Shown here one piece after another: positions 34,098-42,926 of a stretch of 64,000 nt of DNA. The notes under the pieces were generated by a model. The model had not been told where the DNA came from. It worked only from the letters and a program-made list of their open reading frames with translations, and ran no database searches. Within the stretch, counting starts at the first letter, position 1; each line of letters opens with the position of its first letter. Both the position numbers and the translations under genes were made by a program. Source of the stretch: Chthoniobacteraceae bacterium (GTDB lineage: Bacteria > Verrucomicrobiota > Verrucomicrobiia > Chthoniobacterales > Chthoniobacteraceae); assembly GCA_031409335.1 (NCBI GenBank), contig JANNWY010000170.1, positions 96,001 through 160,000 of the forward strand. Reading direction: 5' to 3'.

Positions 34098-36962
34098 TCA
34101 GTGTGAAAAGCGAAACTCGACCGACGTGATGAGCGCCCAGGCGTAATCGATGATCGCCTCGCTCTTCTTCTCCGGCGGTCTCGCCGCGATCGTTGCGGAA
34201 AGTTCGGCGACTTCCGCATCGGCGGGCAGCCGCGTGAGCGTGGCAAGATACAACTCCTCGGCCATCGCTTTCGGATCGGCCATCGCCGCCGCACGGTTGG
34301 CGAGATTCGCAGTCCACGGGCGGAGCACGCTGCCGTTTTCAAAATAGAGCGCCTGCTCCGGAGTCGCGAAAAAATCGGTCTGCGGCGTGCCCGCGGCGCT
34401 GCCGAAAGCGCGCACGTAGTGATCTTCGTGGCCGCGCAGTTTGTCGCGGAAGAGCTTTTCGTGTCCGAGTTCCCGCGCCGCAACTTTTGCCGGATCGGCT
34501 TTGTCCGCGTCGGTCCATTTATTCTTTTCGTCCCACTCTTTCACCGCGATCGCGCGATGCGGCTCGAACTGCCCCGTCGCCTGCATCACCGACCAGCAGA
34601 GTTGCTCGGGCGCGAGCGCCAGCAGTTCGTTCGCGGCGAACGAGCGACCCCACGCGGCGGCGAGCGCCTCGCGCGCCGCCGCGACTGGCGCGGCGGTCTC
34701 GACGGCCTTTGCGGCAGCGGCTTTTGCGTCTGCTTCGAGCGCGGGAAGTTGCGGCTGCGTCGCCGCCAGCTCCGCGTTCGCTTTCTCAAGCGCAGCCCTG
34801 GCATCGGCGATTTGTTTGGCCATTGCCTCCGCTTTCGCCTGCGCGTCGGTTGCCGTTTTTTGAAGTGCGACAATCTCCGCCGCCGCCGCATCGGCCCGCG
34901 CTTTCACCGCACCAGTCGCGGCTTTGATTTCGGCATCGTTGGGAAGTTTCGCGGCGGCCTCCGCGGCCTTTGCGGCAGCTTCGGCGAGGGCGGTGGATGC
35001 GGCGCCTTTCGCGCTCATCGCTTCCTTCGCCGCCATCATTTCACCGGCGCAGGAATTCGCCGCGGTTTCCAGCGCGACGAGTTTCGCGGGTGCGGCGGCG
35101 ATTTCGGCGTTGAGCCGGTCGGTGTTTTGCTTCGCGACCACGAACGCGGCCTCGGCTTTCGCGGCGGCTTCGCGCAGCGGTTTATCCGCGGCGACCGCGC
35201 CCGCCAGCGCGATGGCGGCCTTCACTTGCGCGGCAAGCGCGGCGGCGTTTTTGGCCTTCGTGCGCTCCGTTTCCTTGCGCGCCTGCACGGCATCGAATTC
35301 GGCCTGCTTCGCGGCGATGCCCTTCGCGGCTTCGTCCAGCTTCGCTTTTGCGGCGTCGGCGTTTTGCTGTGCCGCAGCAAGCGCCTGCGCCTTCGCGTCC
35401 GTGTCCGCTTTTTTCGCGGCAGCGTCCTTTTCAACAGCGGGCATTTCACCAGCTGTCGCGTCCGCCTTTGCCTGGAAAGTCTTCGCCGCAGCCGCGAGTT
35501 CCGGCGTCTCGCCAGCCTTCGCGAGCGCGTCGTTCACCTTTGCCGCCGCTTCGGCAAGCGTCTTCTGTGCATCGCGTTTCGCCGCGAGCGCATCTTCGAT
35601 CTTCTTTTGCTCCGCGGCTGCGGCGTCCGCGATTTTCTTTGCCTCGCCCGCCGCGGTGTCCTGCTTGGTTTTTTCGGCCTTCACCGGTCCAGCCGCGCGC
35701 TGCGCTTCGAGCGTGGCCTTCTGCACCGCGCTCACTTCCGCCTCGACGGCTGCCAGCGCAGTCGCCAGCGCCGCAGCTTCCTGTTCGAGCAGCGGCATTT
35801 TCTCCGTCGCCGCTTTCGTCACCTCGGGCGCAAGCTCCGGCACATCGAGGGTGCGCTGAAATGCATTCGTCAGCGCCAGCTCGCGGATGAAAGCCCGCGT
35901 GTCGAATTTCAGCGCCGCGATCTGCTCCGCGAGCAGATCGAGCAGCGCCGGATTCGCGGCCGGATTTGCCGAATGCTGCAAGTCCAGCGGCTCCACCAGC
36001 CCGCGCCCGAAGACCAAGGCCCAGAGCCGGTTTGCGACGTTCCGCCGAAACGCCGGATGATGCCCGTCGCCCAGCGCGGCGGCGAGCAGCGCGCGGCGGC
36101 TCGCCTTCGGAATGGGCCGCACATTTTTGTCCTTATCATTCGGCGGCACCGCCCACTCGCCCGGCGCCGGGTCGGTCACTTCAGCTTCGCCGGGAAGGCG
36201 CGGCTTCGTCTCACCGCCGACCTTGGTAAAAACCGACGTGTAGCTCGTCTCACCCGCGGCCTGTTCGCCCACCAAACCCGGCTTGTTCGTATCGGGCCGG
36301 AACAAATACGTGCGGCTGAAATAAGCCTGAAGCCCCGCGTAATCGCGCTGCAAATAGTCGTCGATGCGCGGATGATTGTGACACTGCGCGCAGCCGATAT
36401 CGCGACCGAGGAAAAGCCGCGCCGTATCCTTCGTCAGCGCATTCGCATCGGCCTCGCGTTCCAGCACCCAGCGCGCGATGTGCCGCGTCTTTTCATCCGC
36501 GCCATCCGCCGTCAAAATTTCGCGCACGAGCGCATCCCACGGCTTGTTCGCGCGCACGGATTCCTCCAGCCACTCGCGCCACGGCAGCATTTTCGTGTGC
36601 GCCTCACCGCGCCGCTCCATCAGCATCACGTCGAAGCGCACCGCCATCCACTTCGCGTACTGCGGATCGGCGAGCAGCGTGTCCACGAGCTTCGCGCGCT
36701 TGTCCGGCGTGGCGTCCGCGAGAAATGCGCGCGCCTGCGCCGCAGTCGGGATCACGCCGTGCAGCGCGAGCCAAACCCGCCGCAAATACTCCGCATCGCC
36801 CGCAATCGCCGCCTGCCCTTCCGGATGCGCCTGCGCGATGAGCGCGTCGATTTTCACATGCAAAGGCTCCTCTGCCCGCGACGACGCGACGATCAGGCAA
36901 GCCACCGCGAGCGCGGCGGCGAAGCACTGAGCGGCGGGTCGGATGTCAGTCGTGATGAACAC
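34098..36962 (-). CDS. Exported DUF1549/DUF1553 (PSD1) protein with a long coiled-coil insertion
   Basis: D.EYLRR..L.L.G.IPT, KR..LVD.LL, N.PWD..VRE, FLG....CAQCHNHP, NRLW...FGRGLVEP.D, PEQAL, WAL..S.EF.F.H. Start uncertain (36962 or 36992). Confidence 0.9.
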   Translation of the reverse strand: MFITTDIRPAAQCFAAALAVACLIVASSRAEEPLHVKIDALIAQAHPEGQAAIAGDAEYLRRVWLALHGVIPTAAQARAFLADATPDKRAKLVDTLLADPQYAKWMAVRFDVMLMERRGEAHTKMLPWREWLEESVRANKPWDALVREILTADGADEKTRHIARWVLEREADANALTKDTARLFLGRDIGCAQCHNHPRIDDYLQRDYAGLQAYFSRTYLFRPDTNKPGLVGEQAAGETSYTSVFTKVGGETKPRLPGEAEVTDPAPGEWAVPPNDKDKNVRPIPKASRRALLAAALGDGHHPAFRRNVANRLWALVFGRGLVEPLDLQHSANPAANPALLDLLAEQIAALKFDTRAFIRELALTNAFQRTLDVPELAPEVTKAATEKMPLLEQEAAALATALAAVEAEVSAVQKATLEAQRAAGPVKAEKTKQDTAAGEAKKIADAAAAEQKKIEDALAAKRDAQKTLAEAAAKVNDALAKAGETPELAAAAKTFQAKADATAGEMPAVEKDAAAKKADTDAKAQALAAAQQNADAAKAKLDEAAKGIAAKQAEFDAVQARKETERTKAKNAAALAAQVKAAIALAGAVAADKPLREAAAKAEAAFVVAKQNTDRLNAEIAAAPAKLVALETAANSCAGEMMAAKEAMSAKGAASTALAEAAAKAAEAAAKLPNDAEIKAATGAVKARADAAAAEIVALQKTATDAQAKAEAMAKQIADARAALEKANAELAATQPQLPALEADAKAAAAKAVETAAPVAAAREALAAAWGRSFAANELLALAPEQLCWSVMQATGQFEPHRAIAVKEWDEKNKWTDADKADPAKVAARELGHEKLFRDKLRGHEDHYVRAFGSAAGTPQTDFFATPEQALYFENGSVLRPWTANLANRAAAMADPKAMAEELYLATLTRLPADAEVAELSATIAARPPEKKSEAIIDYAWALITSVEFRFSH

Positions 36963-37102
36963 GGGGTTTGAGCCCAGGCAAGGCTTTGTCATCCCTGAGA
37001 AAGCCGGACGCGTGCCGGATGATTAGTGAAAATGTGCCGCAGCATCGGCTCGACGAACGTCCGGGATTTCCTCCATGCTCCGCGCCGATTCGCACTTTCA
37101 CC

Positions 37103-37876
37103 ATGATCCACGACGCATCATCAAACGCTGATCCGCTCGACGAGGCCGTGATCTCCGTCGTCATCCCGGTGTGGCGGGAAAGCGAGGCGCTGTGCGGTCT
37201 GCTGCGCGAAATCGCAAGGTGGGCGGAAGTGCGCGAAGCCATCGTCGCGTGCGCGGAGGAGACGGCGGATTTTCGCATCGCGGTGGAAGCGACGGGCGCG
37301 ATTTGCATCAACGCGGGAAGGCCAAATCGCGGACGCCAGATGAATGCCGGCGCGCGGCATGCGAGCGGAGAGTGGGTGCTGTTTCATCACGCCGACACGG
37401 AGCTGACCCGCGCGCATGTGCAGTCGCTCGCCGCGCTCAAGACGCGCGCTGAAATTGTCGGCGGCGCGTTTCACCGGAAGTTCGACGCGCGGCATCCGCA
37501 CTGCCGCTGGATCGAGCCCATCGAGCGCTGGCGCAATCAGCATTTCGGCACGCTCTTCGGCGATCAGTCGATGTTCGTGCGACGCGATCATTTCGAGAAG
37601 CTCGGCGGTTTCGCGGATATCCCGCTCATGGAAGACATCGAGTTTTCCAAACGCCTGCGCCGCTCCGGCCCGCTCGCGCTACTCGATCCGCCGATCGCGA
37701 CCTCGACGCGCCGGCACGCCAAATTCGGTGCGTGGAAAACGACGCTGACCAACGCCACACTCATTTCGCTGTACCACTTCGGCGTCCCGCCGGAACGGCT
37801 GCACGGATGGTATTACGGAATAAGCGCCGCCGCCGCGCCTCCAAATCCCGTCATCATCCAGCCCAATGAAAACTAA
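37103..37876 (+). CDS. GT2 glycosyltransferase, TIGR04283-like (rSAM/arsenosugar-pathway-associated type)
   Basis: ISVVIP, RGRQMNAGA..A.G...LF.HADT, GGAF, FGDQ..FVR...F..LGGF.DIPLMED.EF..RL, TSTRR, L..WY. Start may be GTG 37148. Confidence 0.85.
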   Translation: MIHDASSNADPLDEAVISVVIPVWRESEALCGLLREIARWAEVREAIVACAEETADFRIAVEATGAICINAGRPNRGRQMNAGARHASGEWVLFHHADTELTRAHVQSLAALKTRAEIVGGAFHRKFDARHPHCRWIEPIERWRNQHFGTLFGDQSMFVRRDHFEKLGGFADIPLMEDIEFSKRLRRSGPLALLDPPIATSTRRHAKFGAWKTTLTNATLISLYHFGVPPERLHGWYYGISAAAAPPNPVIIQPNEN

Positions 37877-38600
37877 ACTCGCCCTCGCACTCATCGCAGC
37901 CCTGCTCCCGTTCACATCCCACGCCGAAGTCGGCGCGTGGCAGAAGGACTTCGACCCGCTACTCAAAAAATATGTCTCCGGAAACGGCGTGCGGTATGCC
38001 GCATGGAAAGCCAGCGCCGACGACTTCGCCGCGCTCGAAAAAATAGTCGCCGCCATCGGCGCGGAGAATCCCTCGGGCCTTTCGCGCAACGACAAACTCG
38101 CGTTTTACATCAACGCTTACAACGCATGGATGATCCATCTCGTGCTCCAGAAATATCCGATCAAAAGCGTGCGCGATTACGCCGCGCTGTTCGGGATTTT
38201 CACCGGGAAAAACATCCGGCTTGGCGGCGAGAAAATCAGCCTGAATTACCTGGAAAAAGATTTGATCCTCAAAGGCCTTGGCGAACCCCGCGCGCACTTC
38301 GCGGTGAACTGCGCCAGCCGCAGTTGCCCCGTGCTCATCCCCTCCGCTTACACCGGCGCGACCATCGACGCCGTGCTCAACGAACGCGCGAAAGCCTTCA
38401 CCGCAAACCCGCTCGGCGTGCAGCTCGCGAAGGACGGCAAGACCGCGCAGATTTCGAGCATTTTCAAATGGTACGACGCCGACTTCAAACCGGCCGGCGG
38501 CCCGGTCGCGTTCATCAATAAATACCGCGCGCAGCCGCTGCCCGCGGGCGTGAAAGTCGAGTTCCAGGATTACGACTGGGGCCTCAACGAAGCGAAATGA
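37866..38600 (+). CDS. Secreted DUF547 domain protein
   Basis: Signal peptide; LAFYINAYNA, SLN.LE, PRAHFAVNCASRSCP, SSIFKWY..DF, YDWGLN. Confidence 0.92.
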   Translation: MKTKLALALIAALLPFTSHAEVGAWQKDFDPLLKKYVSGNGVRYAAWKASADDFAALEKIVAAIGAENPSGLSRNDKLAFYINAYNAWMIHLVLQKYPIKSVRDYAALFGIFTGKNIRLGGEKISLNYLEKDLILKGLGEPRAHFAVNCASRSCPVLIPSAYTGATIDAVLNERAKAFTANPLGVQLAKDGKTAQISSIFKWYDADFKPAGGPVAFINKYRAQPLPAGVKVEFQDYDWGLNEAK

Positions 38601-39982
38601 ACGGCGCGGCAAAGCAGTCAAAATGGCAGGCGCGATGGACGGCGTTTCGCCACCCAATCGCCGGTGAAAAAGCGGACGTGCTGCGCCAGCGCTGGGCGGA
38701 GTTGCCGATGGAATTGCGCACGCCGAATCAGATCTCGGGACGCCATCTCACGCACTGCGGTTTCACCCTCGGCGCGAGCTACTGCTCGTTCCATTGCACG
38801 CATTGTTATTTGCCGAAAAATGCGAACGAAGTGCCGATCCCTTCGCTCGCACAAATGCGCGAGCAGATCGACGCGAACCGGCGTTTTCAGGGACCGGGGG
38901 GCGGATTGCAAATCACCGGCGGTGATGTCGCGGATGCCTACTGGCGCGCGGGGCGGCAGGCGGAATTGGTCGAGATCGTGCGCTACGCGTGTTCCGTCGG
39001 GCTCGTGCCGATGGTGATGACGCACGGCCAGACGCTCATCGAGCATCCCGAGTTTCTCGAGCAGCTCGTCGTCGAAGGCGGCCTGCGGCAAATCGCCGTC
39101 CACATCGACATGACGCAGGCTGGCCGCCACGGCTTCCCCATCGGTCGCATCAAGAGCGAAGCCGACCTGCATCCCGTGCGCGAATCATTCACCGAACTCG
39201 CAAAAACACTCCGCGCAAAGACCGGCGCGCCGATCGAGTTCGCGCACAACTGCACCGTCACCCGCCGCAACATCGAGCACGTCCCGGAGATCATCCGCTG
39301 GTTCCTCGCCGACCCCGAGCGCACCCGCATCTGGCGCATGCTCAGCTTCCAGCCCGAGGCCGACACCGGCCGCACGATCTTCAGCGAAAAGCCGATCACA
39401 CCCGGCGATGTCTGGACGAAAATCTGCGAAGCCACCGCCCTCCCGCTGCGCCGCGACGCCACCATTTTCGGCCATCCCGATTGCAACAGTTGGAGCAGCC
39501 TCCTCGTCGCGCGCCCCGGCGGCGAGTACGCGCCGCTGCTGCCCGACGACGCCCGCTGGGACTGCATCTTCGGCGAAGTGCTCGCGCGCATCGGCGGCCT
39601 CTCACTCGTCACCGACGACGCTGGCACTCCACCGTACCGCCTCGCCGGAGTCCTCGCGCAAAACCCGCTCCTCGCCCTGCGCCTCGCCGCATATCTCGGC
39701 GGACATTTCCTCTCGGGAAAATTCCCCCGCGCCCTGCTCGCCGCGCTGCTCAAAGGCCAGGTCCACACCCTCGGCATCGGCATCCACAATTTCATGGACG
39801 CCTCGAAAACCGCGACCGCCGCGACGGACCCCGTCATCAAATCCCGCCTCGACTCGTGCGTCTTCAAAGGCGCGGTGAAACAAGAAGGCGAATGGGTCGC
39901 GGTGCCGATGTGCCAGATGAATCAGGAACGATGGAGCCGCGTGTACGAAGAGCGGCTAAGCGATCCCGCGCTCCGGGAGTGA
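38597..39982 (+). CDS. Radical SAM enzyme, uncharacterised (COG1964 / Tes-MJ0619-like core)
   Basis: CxxxCxxC (CSFHCTHC), QITGGD, MTHG, SFQP...GR, GHPDC, HNFMD, RLDSC.F...VPMC..N. Confidence 0.85.
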   Translation: MNGAAKQSKWQARWTAFRHPIAGEKADVLRQRWAELPMELRTPNQISGRHLTHCGFTLGASYCSFHCTHCYLPKNANEVPIPSLAQMREQIDANRRFQGPGGGLQITGGDVADAYWRAGRQAELVEIVRYACSVGLVPMVMTHGQTLIEHPEFLEQLVVEGGLRQIAVHIDMTQAGRHGFPIGRIKSEADLHPVRESFTELAKTLRAKTGAPIEFAHNCTVTRRNIEHVPEIIRWFLADPERTRIWRMLSFQPEADTGRTIFSEKPITPGDVWTKICEATALPLRRDATIFGHPDCNSWSSLLVARPGGEYAPLLPDDARWDCIFGEVLARIGGLSLVTDDAGTPPYRLAGVLAQNPLLALRLAAYLGGHFLSGKFPRALLAALLKGQVHTLGIGIHNFMDASKTATAATDPVIKSRLDSCVFKGAVKQEGEWVAVPMCQMNQERWSRVYEERLSDPALRE

Positions 39983-40024
39983 TGTCCCCTCACGATCGCC
40001 ATTCTTTTCCTGCGAATGCTTTCA

Positions 40025-40061
40025 AACGAAAAGGGCGACGCTTTCACGTCGCCCTTTCGTT
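40025..40061. terminator. Bidirectional terminator between the radical SAM and cyclophilin genes
   Basis: AACGAAAAGGGCGACG-CTTTCA-CGTCGCCCTTTCGTT. Confidence 0.75.
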
Positions 40062-40085
40062 CAGTCTTCGACTGTCTCGCGGTGC

Positions 40086-40676
40086 TTACTTTTTTAGCGA
40101 AGCATTCCACTTCTCAATGTTCGCGGCCTGGGCCTTGAACAAGTCATCGGTCGGATCGAGCACCTCGATGGTCTTGATTGAGTCGCCTTTCTCAATCTTG
40201 TTCACCACATCCTGACCCTTCGTCACTTCGCCAAAGACGGAATGCTTTCCATCAAGGTGAGGCGTAGGGACGTGCGTGATGAAGAACTGGCATCCATTCG
40301 TGCCGGGGCCGGCGTTGGCCATCGAGAAAATGCCGGGCTTCGAGTGTTTGAGCGATGAGTCGAATTCGTCGCCGAATTTGTAGCCGCGGTCACCCGAGCC
40401 GGTGCCGGTAGGATCGCCGCCCTGGATCATGAAGCTGGGGATCACGCGATGGAAGGTGATGCCATCGTAGAGGCCTTTCTTCGCGAGATTGAGGTAGTTC
40501 GCGGCAGTCATGGGGACTTTGCTGGCGAAGAGCGTGCCTTCGATGTCGCCTTTGCTGGTGTGGAGGATGATGCGGATGTCTTTCACGGGTGTTGGGTCGG
40601 CGGCGCTGGAGGTGTTGCAGATCGCGGCGAGCGCCAGGACGCCGACGATGTGGTGGATGGATGAGGTTTTTTTCAT
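40086..40676 (-). CDS. Exported cyclophilin-type PPIase
   Basis: Signal peptide; [47 protein letters not shown]. Confidence 0.95.
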   Translation of the reverse strand: MKKTSSIHHIVGVLALAAICNTSSAADPTPVKDIRIILHTSKGDIEGTLFASKVPMTAANYLNLAKKGLYDGITFHRVIPSFMIQGGDPTGTGSGDRGYKFGDEFDSSLKHSKPGIFSMANAGPGTNGCQFFITHVPTPHLDGKHSVFGEVTKGQDVVNKIEKGDSIKTIEVLDPTDDLFKAQAANIEKWNASLKK

Positions 40677-40791
40677 GGGAAAGGGCCTCCAGATTAGGAG
40701 CCGGAACGCATCTTGTCCACTGCGGCAGTATCGAAATTGTTTCAAAACGATCTTCGCACCCCGCCCGCCGCGCACTTAGGTTTTGCAGAAT

Positions 40792-41685
40792 ATGTCGTCG
40801 AAAGAATCGTCCAAAGTGAAACTCGGGCTCGTGCAGATGCGCTGCTCCGCCGACCCCGCAGAGAACCGCGCCAAGGCGATCGCGAAGACTCGCGAAGCGG
40901 CGGCCCGCGGCGCGCAGATCGTCTGCCTGCAGGAGCTTTTTACGTCCGTCTATTTCTGCCAGATCGAGGATCATAAATATTTCCAGCTCGCGGAAGAAAT
41001 CCCCGGGCCGACGACCGACATCTTCTGTGCGCTCGCCGCGGAACTCGGCATCGTGATCATCGCGTCGCTGTTTGAGAGACGAAGCGCGGGCCTTTATCAC
41101 AACACTGCCGCGATCATCGACGCGGACGGAAAATATCTCGGGAAGTATCGGAAAATGCACATCCCGGACGACCCGCTTTTTTACGAGAAGTTTTACTTTA
41201 CGCCCGGCGATCTTGGCTTTCGCGCGTGGCAGACGAAGTTCGCGAAAATCGGGGTCTGTGTCTGCTGGGATCAATGGTATCCCGAGTCGGCTCGGCTGAC
41301 GGCTTTGCACGGCGCGGAGATTCTCTTTTTTCCGACGGCGATCGGCTGGCATCCGAGCGAGAAGGCGAAATACGGCGAGCGGCATCACAGTTCGTGGGAA
41401 ACCATTCAGCGCTCGCACGCCATCGCGAATGGCTGCTACGTGGCGGTGCCAAATCGGGTCGGGCACGAAGCGCCGGATGGCGGCGAGGGCATCGAGTTTT
41501 GGGGCCAAAGTTTCGTTGCCGATCCGTCGGGCATCCTCATCGAAAAGGCGCGCGCGGACGCGGAGGAAACGCTCGTGGTCGAAGTCGATCTCGCGAGCGT
41601 CGAGACGCAGCGGACGCACTGGCCGTTTTTCCGCGATCGCCGCATTGACGCATATGAAGACTTGGGTAAGCGTTTTATCGACTGA
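40792..41685 (+). CDS. aguB: N-carbamoylputrescine amidase (nitrilase family)
   Basis: LQELF, YRKMHIPDDP.FYEKFYF.PGD, CWDQWYPE.AR, PTAIGW; adjacent to agmatine deiminase. Confidence 0.9.
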   Translation: MSSKESSKVKLGLVQMRCSADPAENRAKAIAKTREAAARGAQIVCLQELFTSVYFCQIEDHKYFQLAEEIPGPTTDIFCALAAELGIVIIASLFERRSAGLYHNTAAIIDADGKYLGKYRKMHIPDDPLFYEKFYFTPGDLGFRAWQTKFAKIGVCVCWDQWYPESARLTALHGAEILFFPTAIGWHPSEKAKYGERHHSSWETIQRSHAIANGCYVAVPNRVGHEAPDGGEGIEFWGQSFVADPSGILIEKARADAEETLVVEVDLASVETQRTHWPFFRDRRIDAYEDLGKRFID

Positions 41686-41760
41686 AAGTAGCCACCGCAG
41701 CGCATGTTGCGGCGATCCCCCCGATGGCATGGTTCATGTTGATTCGTGCTGGAAACCTCA

Positions 41761-42861
41761 ATGAAAGTCTCGTCTGAAACAAACCCGGCACCCACGCCGC
41801 CGATTCCGGTCCCACCGGCGCCGACATTGCCGACTGCGCTCGGCTACCGGATGCCGGCTGAATGGGAACCACACGCTGCGACGTGGCTTTCATTCCCGCG
41901 TCGCGACGGGATCAGCTTTCCAGATTCCTACGATCGCGTGACGCCCGTGCTTGCAGCGATGGTGAATGCGCTGGCGGCATCCGAGCCCGTGAACATCAAC
42001 GTCTGCGACGCCGAGCACGAAGCCGATGTGCGAAAGATCCTGGCCCGGCACCGCGCCGCGGCGGATCACGTGACTTTTCACCACATTCCGACGAACGAGC
42101 CGTGGTGCCGCGATCATGGGCCGATTTTCCTGACGCGCGCGGAGGATCCGAAGGTCGCGATCGTGGATTGGGATTACAACGCGTGGGGCTGGAAATACCC
42201 GCCGTTCGAGGACGACGATGTGGTTCCCACCATCATCGCGGGAAAGTTTGGCCTGCCCGTGTATCATCCCGGGATGGTTTTGGAAGGCGGCTCGATCGAC
42301 GTGAACGGATCGGGCACTTTGCTGACCACGAAATCTTGTCTCCTAAACCCGAATCGAAATCCGGATTTCACCCAGGCCGAAATTGAGCAGCGATTGAAGG
42401 ATTACCTCGGCGTGAAAAGTATTCTTTGGCTCGGCGACGGGATCGAGGGTGACGACACGGATGGACACGTGGACGATCTCACGCGCTTTGTGAACCGGAC
42501 GACAGTCGTGACGGTGATGGAGGACGACGAAAACGACGCCAACTACGCGCCGCTGATGCTCAATTTTGAAATGCTCAAAGGCATGGATGTGGAAGACGGA
42601 ACTCCATTGGAGATTCATCGCCTGCCAATGCCCGGAAAGATCGTGCGCGATGGCCAGCGCCTTCCGGCGAGCTATGCGAACTTCTACATCGCCAACAAAG
42701 TCGTGCTGCTTCCAGTCTTCGCAGACCAAGCCGACAAGTGGGCTGAAGCCGTGCTGAAAGCGGCGTTCCCGACGCGGGAAATCGTGTCGATCGACTGCCG
42801 GGAACTGATCTGGGGTCTCGGCGCTTTTCACTGCCTCACCCAGCAGCAACCGCTCGCGTAG
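41761..42861 (+). CDS. aguA: Agmatine deiminase
   Basis: RMPAEWEPH, WCRDHGP, LEGGSID.NG.G, DDTDGHVD, ASYANF, GAFHCLTQQQP. Confidence 0.93.
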   Translation: MKVSSETNPAPTPPIPVPPAPTLPTALGYRMPAEWEPHAATWLSFPRRDGISFPDSYDRVTPVLAAMVNALAASEPVNINVCDAEHEADVRKILARHRAAADHVTFHHIPTNEPWCRDHGPIFLTRAEDPKVAIVDWDYNAWGWKYPPFEDDDVVPTIIAGKFGLPVYHPGMVLEGGSIDVNGSGTLLTTKSCLLNPNRNPDFTQAEIEQRLKDYLGVKSILWLGDGIEGDDTDGHVDDLTRFVNRTTVVTVMEDDENDANYAPLMLNFEMLKGMDVEDGTPLEIHRLPMPGKIVRDGQRLPASYANFYIANKVVLLPVFADQADKWAEAVLKAAFPTREIVSIDCRELIWGLGAFHCLTQQQPLA

Positions 42862-42926
42862 CGTTGCCATCGGCAGATCGGCCTCGCCGTGCGGCCAAAC
42901 CCGGTTCCCGCGACCGAACCCCCGGA

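Noticed and set aside
34419..36971. Long antisense ORFs (e.g. 850 aa here, 594 aa at 8682-10466, 488 aa at 22975-24441)
   Set aside because: Expected stop-poor shadows of high-GC genes; they show no motifs and fully overlap well-supported CDSs.
1661..41640. Repeated GCGATCGC (HIP1-like) octamers at 1661, 10077, 28015, 34546, 40876, 41633
   Set aside because: Only a handful noticed; in high-GC DNA with frequent Ala-Ile-Ala codons this cannot be called enrichment without a Markov-model count.
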